From a virus (Duplodnaviria > Caudoviricetes), in IMG/VR virus record IMGVR_UViG_3300048855_000212, positions 1 to 39,836 of that record: a stretch of 39,836 nt of DNA. One strand, written 5' to 3'. A program made the position numbers and the translations under genes. Below are positions 27,195-35,566 of this stretch, one piece after another; the first letter of the stretch is position 1; each line of letters opens with the position of its first letter. The notes beneath the pieces are model-generated. The model saw nothing but the letters and a program-made list of their open reading frames with translations. It made no database searches and had not been told where the DNA came from.

Positions 27195-27504
27195 CGAATT
27201 CTTTCCTCGCCTTCTTGGCCTTTTCTTCGCTGGCTTTGATCCGCTTATTCAGGTCGGCGGTGTAAGAAACATTGCGTTCTGCCTCAGCGCGCAGCGTGGT
27301 GATCGTCGCCTGGCTGGCGTTGTTCGCATCCACCGCCTCCTGCTTGGCTTTGGCCTCGACAGTGACGGCGCCCTGCAACGTGACTACATGTATCTGTTGG
27401 ATCGCGATCAGCAGGCTCATCACGATGAAAATCACGATGGCGACTGCAATGGTTCGCAACGTGGAGCCGACCTTGGCTACTGCGACAACGGGTTCGAGGC
27501 TCAT
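27073..27504 (-). CDS. i-spanin (Rz/LysB-like)
   Basis: Single N-terminal TM segment, coiled coil and 'VRDWAAQPLPD'. Confidence 0.85.
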   Translation of the reverse strand: MSLEPVVAVAKVGSTLRTIAVAIVIFIVMSLLIAIQQIHVVTLQGAVTVEAKAKQEAVDANNASQATITTLRAEAERNVSYTADLNKRIKASEEKAKKARKEFDDLKRNSKPVRDWAAQPLPDGLRGKASSGNKDNSHKAGSP

Positions 27505-27818
27505 AATGAGTCCGCCTTGCGTCCGAGGAATCGGATGATCAGTTCACGTATGGCTGTAACGCCGACAAAGCCAATCGTGCCGCCGGCGGCTACCGACAGA
27601 CTCGACGGCCAGGCCATCCACTCGATGACGCTGCTGGCTGACAGGCTCAACGCGCCGCAGATCATCGCCTCAAGAACGAGACGCCACTTGTTGGCCTCTT
27701 TCCCTTCGTACAGCACGCGCAGTAATGAAATGGTTGCGGCCATGATCGCTCCTTGCCAGAGCGGATTCGACAGGACGAGCCAGACCTGCGCCCAGAAGTC
27801 AGGTGATTTTTCAGGCAT
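27501..27818 (-). CDS. Holin, lambda family
   Basis: 'MPEKSPDFW', three hydrophobic segments and 'GGTIGFVGVTAIR'. Confidence 0.9.
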   Translation of the reverse strand: MPEKSPDFWAQVWLVLSNPLWQGAIMAATISLLRVLYEGKEANKWRLVLEAMICGALSLSASSVIEWMAWPSSLSVAAGGTIGFVGVTAIRELIIRFLGRKADSL

Positions 27819-27917
27819 GTTCGTCGTATTCCGACATCCGCCCTTTCGGGATCGGAAAATGAATCAGTCCCGCAGCACTCCCAGCTTGGAGCGAAGGGTG
27901 TGGCGGGGCTGAAAACG

Positions 27918-27943
27918 AAAAAGCCCCAGCAGATGCTGAGGCT
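27918..27943 (-). terminator. Terminator upstream of holin
   Basis: Imperfect AGCCCCAGC/GCTGAGGCT stem with an A-run on the left. Confidence 0.6.
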
Positions 27944-28138
27944 CGAAATGATTGATGTCTTTGGCACGCGCTTAATGATTTAGGTATATGCGGCTTGAGC
28001 GATAACCTAGGTGCACGCAATTCACCCAGATCATTGAAAAGGCCGTCTGGGTACCCAATGTTGAATGTGTCGCTAAATTCCAACGAGGCGCCGACGGTCT
28101 CGTTCACAAAAATCACAGCATGTGCCGAGGTAGTAAAC

Positions 28139-28420
28139 ATGGGCGGATCGAAACGGTATATGGAAGATCAGGACGCTTTGCGCAGCCAAGTCATTCAGAT
28201 CGGATTGGAGTCTGATGTGCTTCACTATTGCGAAGATGATGACGAGGCATATCACGATACGGGCGCGACTGAGGAGGCGGTAGAGCTTGGCCTGCAGAAG
28301 TTCAAGGCTGGGGAGTTAGAGGGCTTCGACAATGCCCAAGACGTTCGGAAGTTTATCGAAGACACGATTAACGAACTTCCTTACGAGTGCACTCGATGCG
28401 AGCAGAGGGCAGGCAGCTGA
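28139..28420 (+). CDS. Acidic hypothetical moron protein (93 aa) with C-terminal CxxC
   Basis: GAGG RBS before ATG 28139; antisense to the late operon. Confidence 0.7.
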   Translation: MGGSKRYMEDQDALRSQVIQIGLESDVLHYCEDDDEAYHDTGATEEAVELGLQKFKAGELEGFDNAQDVRKFIEDTINELPYECTRCEQRAGS

Positions 28421-28474
28421 TGGGCTAAATCTAACTGCAAAGCCCGGCCATCCACTGGGTTTTGCTACAAGCCA

Positions 28475-28663
28475 TTAACGCTGTTTTTTTACTTCTTCCG
28501 CGCGCTGGGCATCCAGCTTGGCGTACTCGGCGCGCTTTCGCGTAATCAGATCATCAGCTTCAGCTTCCGTTAACTGCTCCCCCAACGTAACCATCCCATT
28601 GAAGACCCACCAGCAGTTTTGACCTTTCGAGCTTTTATTCCTTTCCTTCCTGAGCCGATCCAT
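28475..28663 (-). CDS. Small hypothetical protein
   Basis: 62-aa ORF downstream of the post-Q terminator. Confidence 0.55.
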   Translation of the reverse strand: MDRLRKERNKSSKGQNCWWVFNGMVTLGEQLTEAEADDLITRKRAEYAKLDAQRAEEVKKQR

Positions 28664-28714
28664 TTTTCAATCCAAGGCTGATAGCGATGACGAAATATAT
28701 CATCGGCTCAATAG

Positions 28715-28814
28715 AAAAGCCCGACGCAGTGGCCGGGCTTTGAGTACGTGTCGCGCTGAATCAGCTGAACACCGTGCCATGAAAACAGGTGTTTATCAGG
28801 CCTGAAAGAACTTT
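28715..28814 (-). promoter_or_regulatory. Probable late promoter region pR' with terminator tR'
   Basis: Non-coding DNA just after Q, ending in hairpin AAAGCCCG...CGGGCTTTT (28715-28741); assigned by lambdoid position. Confidence 0.6.
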
Positions 28815-29201
28815 TTACGCTGCTGCGCAAATATCTCCCAACGCCCCGTCAATCCACGCCACTCCCTGACGGATCACCTCGCGCGCGGATCGCTCCGACA
28901 TTTTGTGATGCTCAGCAATCCGGACCATCGTCCATTTAGAGCCAAAGTACCACCAGATGAAATCACCCATCTGCTGGTTACGCGCGATTAGCCTCGCGAT
29001 AGTGGAATCAACGAGCATTGCGGTCTCGTCGGTAATTACATAGGTCGTTGCGCTTGGCTCTGGGCAACAATGGTTCATCAAGGCCGCCAATGGCGAGACG
29101 TAGCGCGGAACCCCCATGCCAGCCATCCGCCAGGAGCCCCAGTTCTCCAGCAGGTACTCGGTGTCGCCCAGCGGCTTGTCTGTGTACGTTCGCTTTTTCA
29201 T
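28815..29201 (-). CDS. Antiterminator Q family protein
   Basis: 'TEYLLENWGSW', 'ITDETAMLVD..IARL' and 'GVAWIDG'. Confidence 0.88.
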   Translation of the reverse strand: MKKRTYTDKPLGDTEYLLENWGSWRMAGMGVPRYVSPLAALMNHCCPEPSATTYVITDETAMLVDSTIARLIARNQQMGDFIWWYFGSKWTMVRIAEHHKMSERSAREVIRQGVAWIDGALGDICAAA

Positions 29202-29485
29202 GCCGCTTTCCTCGGGCTTGGATTCTTTTCAAGGCCAAGCAGATCCCGGAGCATCTTGTCGGCGTGTTTGTTTTTCGCGTTGCCTTCCAGCACCCAAGCT
29301 TTCGCATAGGCCTCGAAGCCGATCTGACCGGGCGTATCGTGCCAGTCCGCAACGATGTCCATCAGAGCTGCCGATGCGATCCGGCCGTTGGCTTGCTCCA
29401 GGAGCAGGCGGTTGCCCACCTTCAGAAACTTGCACTCCACCTGGGTCAGGCTCTTGCGCGGCCGTGCCGCAGTAACGTTACTCAT
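29198..29485 (-). CDS. Hypothetical protein
   Basis: Overlaps with both dnaB and Q. Confidence 0.7.
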   Translation of the reverse strand: MSNVTAARPRKSLTQVECKFLKVGNRLLLEQANGRIASAALMDIVADWHDTPGQIGFEAYAKAWVLEGNAKNKHADKMLRDLLGLEKNPSPRKAA

Positions 29486-30854
29486 GATCTTTCCTCCCCT
29501 TGGCGCGGCCGGTGAACTTCAACACTCGCCCCATCTCCACCTCTTCATCGCTCGGCGGCTTCCCACCAAATGGCACGAAGCGCACGAACTGCCCCTGCGC
29601 CTGCACCAGACACGTTCCCGGCTTCCCGTGGCGGCACTTGCCGACGATCAGCTCCGTGACGCCATTCGCTCCCTCGTCGGTGTCCGTGTCCCGATGAACG
29701 AGAATGACGACGTCGGCGTCCTGCTCGATCTGGCCGCTGTCGCGGATATCGCTCGGGCGCGGTCGCTTGTCCGGACGGTTGGTGGGCCCGCGGTTGAGCT
29801 GCGCCAGCACGATCACCGGCACCTTCAGCTCCTTGGCAAGGTTCTTCAGTGCGGTGGAGATCTTGCCGACCTCAAGCGTCCGGTTCTGCCCGCCTTCGCC
29901 CGCAATCAGGGTGATGTAGTCGACGACGATCACGTCCAGCCCTTCGTGGCGCTGGCACTGGCGGGCGATTGAGCGAATGCGGGCGACCGTCATACCTGCC
30001 TGATCGCAAACGTACAGCCGCGCCTTGTGCAGCACGCTCACCGCGCTGGTGATGCGCGGCCAGTCCTCATCCTTCAGCGAGTCGCCCTCATCCAGCCGGG
30101 TCAGATCCACCGCACCCAGCGAGGCGATATTGCGAGTCACCAACTCCTCCTTGGTCATCTCCAAACTGAAGACCAACCCGGCGCCGCCAAGCTGGGTAGT
30201 CGCGTATTGGGCAATCTGGACGCCGAGGATCGTCTTGCCGGACGCTGGCAGGCCCGCCACGACCACCATGTTGCCTGGGCGCAGGCCGCTGATCAGCTTG
30301 TCCAGATCCGGTATGCCGGTCGATAGCCCTTTCGGCGCCGTGCCGGAGAACTTCGAATCGATGGTGTCGATCACCTTCGGCAGTATGTCGCTAACCTTGT
30401 GGTAGTCCGGCTCGCCGTCGTCCAGGTCACGCAGATCGGCCATAGCCTGCTGTCCGCGCGCGATGATCTCGGCTACGGGAAGATCATCATTCGCGGATTG
30501 GCTGATCGTGTGTGCCGTCTCCACCACCTTGCGCAGCACAGCGCGCTCGCGAATTACCCGTGCGTAGGTTTTCCAGCTCGAGGTCCCCTGCGCGTTAGAC
30601 TGGATGGTCGCGGCGTAGGCCAACATGCTGGTGCCGTCGGGCAGGTACTGGTGGTGCTCACTCACCATGATCACGTCGACCGGGTCGCCCGCTTCGTGGC
30701 AATCCAGAATGGCCCGGTACAGCGCCGCGTTCTCGATCTCATGGAAGTCAGCGATCTCGACCTTTGGGCGGATCTCGTCAATGAGCGTTGGGTCGACAAA
30801 GATCGCACCGAGCAGCCCGTGTTCGGCGTCTACGTTGAAAAGCTCGCGGCTCAT
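29478..30854 (-). CDS. dnaB: Replicative DNA helicase
   Basis: 'AGLPASGKT', 'FSLEM', 'VVDY', 'AQLNR' and 'RDSGQIEQDAD'. Confidence 0.95.
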   Translation of the reverse strand: MSRELFNVDAEHGLLGAIFVDPTLIDEIRPKVEIADFHEIENAALYRAILDCHEAGDPVDVIMVSEHHQYLPDGTSMLAYAATIQSNAQGTSSWKTYARVIRERAVLRKVVETAHTISQSANDDLPVAEIIARGQQAMADLRDLDDGEPDYHKVSDILPKVIDTIDSKFSGTAPKGLSTGIPDLDKLISGLRPGNMVVVAGLPASGKTILGVQIAQYATTQLGGAGLVFSLEMTKEELVTRNIASLGAVDLTRLDEGDSLKDEDWPRITSAVSVLHKARLYVCDQAGMTVARIRSIARQCQRHEGLDVIVVDYITLIAGEGGQNRTLEVGKISTALKNLAKELKVPVIVLAQLNRGPTNRPDKRPRPSDIRDSGQIEQDADVVILVHRDTDTDEGANGVTELIVGKCRHGKPGTCLVQAQGQFVRFVPFGGKPPSDEEVEMGRVLKFTGRAKGRKDHE

Positions 30855-31630
30855 GCGTCACCTCGTACCGAGGCCCAGTTGAACAACACTGCAGGGCCAC
30901 CGTTGTCGCTCAGTCGGTCTACCACGCGGTCCCCAAGGTATTTACGAATCGCCAAAATGTTCAGGTTAGAAATCACAATGGTGGGCTGAAGGCTCTCGTA
31001 CCGGCCATTGATCGTCTCGAACAACACCTGCCGCTCGAAGTCGCTGCCGTTTTGCACACCGACCTCGTCCACGATCAGCAGATCGGGCTTCGTCAGCCCC
31101 TCGTAGATCTGGGTTTCGGTCAGCTCGGCGTCCTTGGCAAACGTGCTCTTCACGTCCCGAATGATCGACAGCGCGGAGGTGTAGCGAGCCACGGCGCCGA
31201 ATTCGCGAATGACGTGCTGCGCAATGGCGCAGGCCAAATGGGTCTTTCCGGTACCAAGGCCTCCAAGCAGCATCATTGACCGACCCACATTCCAGTTGGC
31301 TTCGAAGCTTTGGGCGTATTCACGGCACTGCCGCAGGGCGACGGTTTGCTGCGAAGGGCTGGCAGTGGTCTCGTAACTGTCCAGTGTCGCTTTGCGGAAG
31401 CGCAGCGGGATATCCGAAGCGATGAGAGCCGCGTTCAGCTTGCGAGCATCACGTACTGCGGCGGCCGGCTTGTGGGTTGCATCATCCGGAGAGTGCACGG
31501 CATCGAACTGGCACCGAGGGCAGCCTTGCCAGAAGTGATCACCGACAAACGATTCCGTCAGGTGGTTGAGGTATTGCCCATGCTCGCTGCACTGGGCAGA
31601 TTCGGTTTTGAAGATGGTCGGTGCGGTCAT
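30851..31630 (-). CDS. DnaC/IstB-like AAA+ helicase loader
   Basis: Walker A 'GGLGTGKT', 'LIVDEVG', 'TIVISN' and 'RVVDRL'. Confidence 0.92.
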   Translation of the reverse strand: MTAPTIFKTESAQCSEHGQYLNHLTESFVGDHFWQGCPRCQFDAVHSPDDATHKPAAAVRDARKLNAALIASDIPLRFRKATLDSYETTASPSQQTVALRQCREYAQSFEANWNVGRSMMLLGGLGTGKTHLACAIAQHVIREFGAVARYTSALSIIRDVKSTFAKDAELTETQIYEGLTKPDLLIVDEVGVQNGSDFERQVLFETINGRYESLQPTIVISNLNILAIRKYLGDRVVDRLSDNGGPAVLFNWASVRGDA

Positions 31631-32388
31631 GGCTTGGCTACTCGGTACGAACCGTCAGGCTGGAGAACCAAGCCCTCGGTATGGTCAATTTTGTCGAGGT
31701 CGGTGTGATTGGATTGGGTAACCGCCGCCAGCAATTCGTCCTCCCACCGTTTCCCGTTCAGCCAACTGGCAGGATGTGGGATGAACTGTCCCCCACTTTT
31801 GAGCCAGTCGATGCTGGTGGACTGCTTGGCCAGCGCTGTGATGATCTGCTGCTGCACATCTGCGTCGGGTGCCAGCTTCTTCCACGCTTGCTCTGCGGCT
31901 TGGCGTTTCTGCTTGCGGGGATACAGTTTGTAGAACCGATCAAATCCTTCGAGCGGGGCCTTCGTGACCACAGGGTTTTTAATCCTTACTGCTTCATTCA
32001 GTCCTTGCTGAACATCAGTCTTTACTAGGGGGGGATTTGCCGGGGACGGTTCGACCGGGCCCGGATAATCCGTCGCCGGTGATTCCGACACGGTGTAGGA
32101 GCGTCCACCGAACTCGCCACCCTCGGCTCGCTCAAGGGTGATTTGGAGGTATCCAGCCTGCTCCAACTCTCGAATCAACCCGCGTATAGCGTCTCGGCCA
32201 GCGGCTTTACCGATACAATCTTTGGTCTGGTTGATCAGATGGTGAGTAGAGACCTCCCAGTGGTCAGGCTTACCCAGCAGAAAGACCAGAACGCCGCGCG
32301 CAGCCCAGCTAAGGCGCCGGTCTTCGCTGATGCTCTTGTTCAGCAAGTAGAAATTACCCTCCGGTCGAGGGGCGCGAATGATGCTCAT
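31627..32388 (-). CDS. Replication initiator (O-like)
   Basis: 'MSIIRAPRP...LSWAARGVLVFLL' HTH, 'FDRFYKLYPRK' and 'FIPHPASWLNGKRWED'; ATGA overlap at 32388. Confidence 0.85.
   Translation of the reverse strand: MSIIRAPRPEGNFYLLNKSISEDRRLSWAARGVLVFLLGKPDHWEVSTHHLINQTKDCIGKAAGRDAIRGLIRELEQAGYLQITLERAEGGEFGGRSYTVSESPATDYPGPVEPSPANPPLVKTDVQQGLNEAVRIKNPVVTKAPLEGFDRFYKLYPRKQKRQAAEQAWKKLAPDADVQQQIITALAKQSTSIDWLKSGGQFIPHPASWLNGKRWEDELLAAVTQSNHTDLDKIDHTEGLVLQPDGSYRVAKP
32035..32079 (-). repeat. Three degenerate 15-bp repeats CCG-N3-(A/C)CGG, candidate ori iterons
   Basis: CCGGCGACGGATTAT / CCGGGCCCGGTCGAA / CCGTCCCCGGCAAAT inside the initiator gene. Confidence 0.5.
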
Positions 32389-32612
32389 ATGTCGAGCTCC
32401 CGCGTCACACGCCGCACGAAGTCGTCGTAGGACTCGTCCATCACGATGCCGCGATCTTCCAAGGCCATCCGGCCTGCCTTTGCCAGGCCGTAAATCTCCC
32501 ATCGTTCGCGCTCGGGCAGATGACGACAGTTCGTGTAGTTCGGCCATGGGCCCGCGACGACGCGAGCTGACGGCCGCAGACCTACAGGGTGATTGAGGTT
32601 GGTCTTGATCAT
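32385..32612 (-). CDS. Hypothetical protein
   Basis: ATGA overlaps at both ends. Confidence 0.7.
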   Translation of the reverse strand: MIKTNLNHPVGLRPSARVVAGPWPNYTNCRHLPERERWEIYGLAKAGRMALEDRGIVMDESYDDFVRRVTRELDI

Positions 32613-33229
32613 TGCAACGTCCTCGGCTCAACGTGCACGACCTTTGCGCCAGCAAAAGGCGATTTCGGGCCGAACAGATCAGGCAGATCTTCTTCCGGAG
32701 CCGTCTTGATCCAGTCCATCATCGCGATGAAGCAAGCTTCAAAAAGCGGCCCGCCCTGGCCCCATTCTTCAGCCTTAGGGCTTGCGCTGTTTTCGTATCG
32801 CCCGACGTAGATCAGCCCGGCAAGGCTTTGCTCTTCATCGACCAGCGCAGTCAGGCGGTGAACTGGATTGATGCTCAGCAGATCGCAGATACCATCGAAG
32901 CCGATAGTTTCGAACACCCGGTCTTTATCCATTATCAGGTTGTAGCCAAACCCAATCAGGCCCTGTCTGATGGTCTGCATTTCTTCTCCGCGATGGAACC
33001 TGGCTTTAGCCATAAGGATGTCGATCTGGCCTTGGGTAAAGGGCAGATAGGCTTTGAGCTTGCCGGCCTCACGCCGGAAAATCCGGCGCTCCTCACGGAT
33101 CTGGTCGCGATGGCGCAGGCTGATGCGGATGCAGCGCTGGATGAGGATGAACAACGCACGCGGTGAAATTTTCGGCTTGCGAGCCATGTCGGCGATCTTC
33201 TGCGCAATTTCGAGATTGATATTGCTCAT
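32609..33229 (-). CDS. Hypothetical protein (206 aa)
   Basis: GGAG RBS; ATGA overlaps. Confidence 0.75.
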   Translation of the reverse strand: MSNINLEIAQKIADMARKPKISPRALFILIQRCIRISLRHRDQIREERRIFRREAGKLKAYLPFTQGQIDILMAKARFHRGEEMQTIRQGLIGFGYNLIMDKDRVFETIGFDGICDLLSINPVHRLTALVDEEQSLAGLIYVGRYENSASPKAEEWGQGGPLFEACFIAMMDWIKTAPEEDLPDLFGPKSPFAGAKVVHVEPRTLQ

Positions 33230-33960
33230 GCGGGTTCTCCTTCGGCGCCGAATAGGTCAGCCAGGTCGATCTGATAAACGGCTGCCCAAGCAGCTGCGGG
33301 CCAGGCGAAAACCGAGCCGTAAGTTGGGTGATTAACTCGAGGTACGCTGATACCGCGGACGTCGCACCATTTCCGCAGCGGGCGCCATCCAGCGGCTCCG
33401 AACTTGCGGTGCAAGGCCTTCTCAACGGCAAGAATCGTTGCCTGAGTTACGCCCAGGCCGAGACGCTCCTTGAGCGCGCGACTCTCGCGCCTCGCTGCCG
33501 ATGCGGTCGCCATGGCGGTTGCTTCGCGTCGGGAACCAATTTCGGCTTTGGTCTCAATGGCGTGGTCACGCTCAGCGGCGATCTGCTTGTTTTCAGCGAT
33601 CAGTGCGAGCTGCTTGGTGGCCATGCCCTGGATGATCAGCAGCTTGCCCTCTTCCGTTTCCAGATCAGGAGCCATGCCATTTTCGAGCATCTGCCAGCGG
33701 TCAACGAGCGCCCCGGTAAACTCTGGGCTCAGCTGGGCAACCACGACGAAGCTGTCGCGCTTACCCTTCTCGCCGGAGAAGACGTACTGCTCTACCGTCT
33801 GACCAAGGTGGTTTTTAACTTCCACCAATGGTGGGAGTTGAATCGCACCTTTCTCGGACAGTCGCTCAATGGTCCGCTTGACGCTGTCGTGACGAGCGTT
33901 GACCAAATCGGCAATTTCCTGCGACGACATCGTTAGCAATGTGGAGGTGATCAGGTTCAT
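33226..33960 (-). CDS. Rha-family regulator / antirepressor-like protein
   Basis: 'TMSSQEIADLV..RHDSVKRTIERL' and 'VVAQLSPEFT..LVDRW'. Confidence 0.85.
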   Translation of the reverse strand: MNLITSTLLTMSSQEIADLVNARHDSVKRTIERLSEKGAIQLPPLVEVKNHLGQTVEQYVFSGEKGKRDSFVVVAQLSPEFTGALVDRWQMLENGMAPDLETEEGKLLIIQGMATKQLALIAENKQIAAERDHAIETKAEIGSRREATAMATASAARRESRALKERLGLGVTQATILAVEKALHRKFGAAGWRPLRKWCDVRGISVPRVNHPTYGSVFAWPAAAWAAVYQIDLADLFGAEGEPA

Positions 33961-34280
33961 TAGCCGGCCCCCACGTCAATGCCGGGACGCTTGCCCACCA
34001 CCCCGTAAGAGGCGCCGAGGTGCCGATGCCGCCAGCAGAAATTGCCGCTGAAAATGCGGATATGCTCAATGTGAAGGGCGATGTCGGCGGCGGGCCCTTC
34101 TTCCTGCTGACACAGGAGAGGATCGAGCAACGGCAACAGAAGCCGTACAAGCCGTTCGAACTCCTCACGGGCGAAGTTCATGCTGCACATTTGTTCGGAG
34201 GTCAGAACAGCTTCACGCAGCACTTCACCGTCAGCAGGGACGGGGGCGACGGGGGCGATGATTGACACGGCCTTATTCAT
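33960..34280 (-). CDS. Hypothetical protein
   Basis: GGAGG RBS; coupled to both neighbours. Confidence 0.7.
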   Translation of the reverse strand: MNKAVSIIAPVAPVPADGEVLREAVLTSEQMCSMNFAREEFERLVRLLLPLLDPLLCQQEEGPAADIALHIEHIRIFSGNFCWRHRHLGASYGVVGKRPGIDVGAG

Positions 34281-34552
34281 GACGACACCTCCGATTCCGC
34301 GCCACGATTTGGCATGTCGGCGTTTCGTGGCGCGGGCTCAATCAGTTGCTGCGCGATTTCCTCCGCGTTGCAGGAGCCTACGTTCGCGGCATCGCTCGCG
34401 TAGAACCAGCCAAGGCTCAACAGACTCTCTAGACGAGGGCTTCCTGCAGCCATCCCCTGGGCGATGAACAGTACTGTCTCGAGATGCTGTAGTTGCCGCT
34501 TGGCCATCTCCAGATGATCAAGCGCGTCGTGTGCAATCTGACGATCAGTCAT
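34277..34552 (-). CDS. Hypothetical protein
   Basis: ATGA overlaps at both ends. Confidence 0.7.
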   Translation of the reverse strand: MTDRQIAHDALDHLEMAKRQLQHLETVLFIAQGMAAGSPRLESLLSLGWFYASDAANVGSCNAEEIAQQLIEPAPRNADMPNRGAESEVSS

Positions 34553-34866
34553 ACGGCACCGCCTGCGCGCTGCGCGGCCATCAGACCGCACACGGAAGAG
34601 TCAACGATTGCCTTGGCGTTCAGCAAAACTTCTTGGATCAGGTACACGCCGGCAGTCTTCAAGCCAGTGTCCTCATCGTGATATTCCTTAAGGAAAAACA
34701 GTACTTCGCTTAGCAGGCAGGAGCTGTCCTCAAGTGCATCGACGACGTCAACGCCCGGAGCGACCTGAAATATCCGATCATCGTGGGGATTTATGGCTTT
34801 GAATGCCGTCACAGCAGTAACCGGGTCTTGCGCCTTGAGAGGCTTGGTGCTATTTTTCGGGTGCAT
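34549..34866 (-). CDS. DUF3077-like protein
   Basis: 'IFQVAPGVDVVDALEDSSCLL...AKAIVD' pattern; GGAGG RBS. Confidence 0.7.
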   Translation of the reverse strand: MHPKNSTKPLKAQDPVTAVTAFKAINPHDDRIFQVAPGVDVVDALEDSSCLLSEVLFFLKEYHDEDTGLKTAGVYLIQEVLLNAKAIVDSSVCGLMAAQRAGGAV

Positions 34867-35019
34867 TGATTCGTCCTCCACAGAACGAAGAGTTTCAAAA
34901 TTGCTTGCTGATACAAGCGATTGGGTTCCAACAAAGGTCAGCCGCCACAGCTGGCCTTTTTTGTTGCCTGCCGAAAAGTTAGCCGGTCAACAAATACAGG
35001 GAGTGGCGTTTGTTCATTT

Positions 35020-35127
35020 TCAGGTGCTCATCAAATCGGCAAACGCCGGCAGGTGGAAGTCGCTGAGCAGGTACTCAGCAGGGACTTCCATTTTTGGGAC
35101 GAATATGCTGGTCCAGAGCTTACTCAT
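35020..35127 (-). CDS. Putative 35-aa peptide coupled to cro
   Basis: TAATG overlap with the cro stop; MSKLWTSIFVPKMEVPAEYLLSDFHLPAFADLMST. Confidence 0.35.
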   Translation of the reverse strand: MSKLWTSIFVPKMEVPAEYLLSDFHLPAFADLMST

Positions 35128-35462
35128 TAGCTGCGGGCCTCAAGCGGGTCGAGTTTTAAGTTGGCTCGACTACTGGATGCTTGAACAGCGGTATTTAGCG
35201 ACTGCAACGGGGCCAGGCAAGGCTGTATCGTTTGTTCAAGGCTGAGCGATGACTCGGCCACTGGAAAAAGGTCCGGACGCAGGCGCTGCCGAGATACACC
35301 AGTCGCACGCTCAATAGGCAAAACCAAGTCAGCCGGAATGGTGCGGTTGCGGTATAGGCACTGCCAGATTCGTGGCTGGCTCGTTCCGCATCGTCTTGCG
35401 AGCTCTGCTTGACTACCTGCGATTCGTACCGCCGCTTCGAGTGGCTTTTCAACGCAGCTCAT
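35127..35462 (-). CDS. cro: Cro-like repressor (YdaS-type HTH)
   Basis: 'AGSQAELARRCGTSQPRIWQ...IERATGVSRQRLRPDLF'; divergent from cI; GAGG RBS. Confidence 0.85.
   Translation of the reverse strand: MSCVEKPLEAAVRIAGSQAELARRCGTSQPRIWQCLYRNRTIPADLVLPIERATGVSRQRLRPDLFPVAESSLSLEQTIQPCLAPLQSLNTAVQASSSRANLKLDPLEARS
35173..35188. promoter_or_regulatory. LexA/SOS-box-like site in the cro 3' tail
   Basis: TA-CTGGATGCTTGAACAG (CTG-N10-CAG). Confidence 0.5.
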
Positions 35463-35495
35463 CGCTAACGTCCTCGTATGGGAATGTGACGGATA

Positions 35496-35555
35496 ATAAC
35501 TCATGTTATCTACGAGTCAAACAATTGTTATTTGATGGCGCATAACAGGCGCTAT
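35496..35555. promoter_or_regulatory. OR: three operators ATAAC-N4-GTTAT overlapping pR
   Basis: ATAACTCATGTTAT 35496, CAAACAATTGTTAT 35518 and ATAACAGGCGCTAT 35542; minus-strand TTGACT-N16-TATTAT promoter. Confidence 0.85.
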
Positions 35556-35566
35556 AGGCTGGAAAG

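Noticed and set aside
27819-28138. tRNA genes in the Q-lysis interval, common in lambdoid phages
   Set aside because: No T-loop GTTCGA with a cloverleaf-compatible context was found.
27811-28140. 109-aa minus-strand ORF upstream of the holin
   Set aside because: Runs through a terminator, has no clear RBS and overlaps the start of the better-supported plus-strand gene; it may be a remnant at most.
32389-32655. Extended start of the replication initiator
   Set aside because: Overlaps two coupled upstream genes; the family-like sequence begins at MSIIRAPRP (32388).
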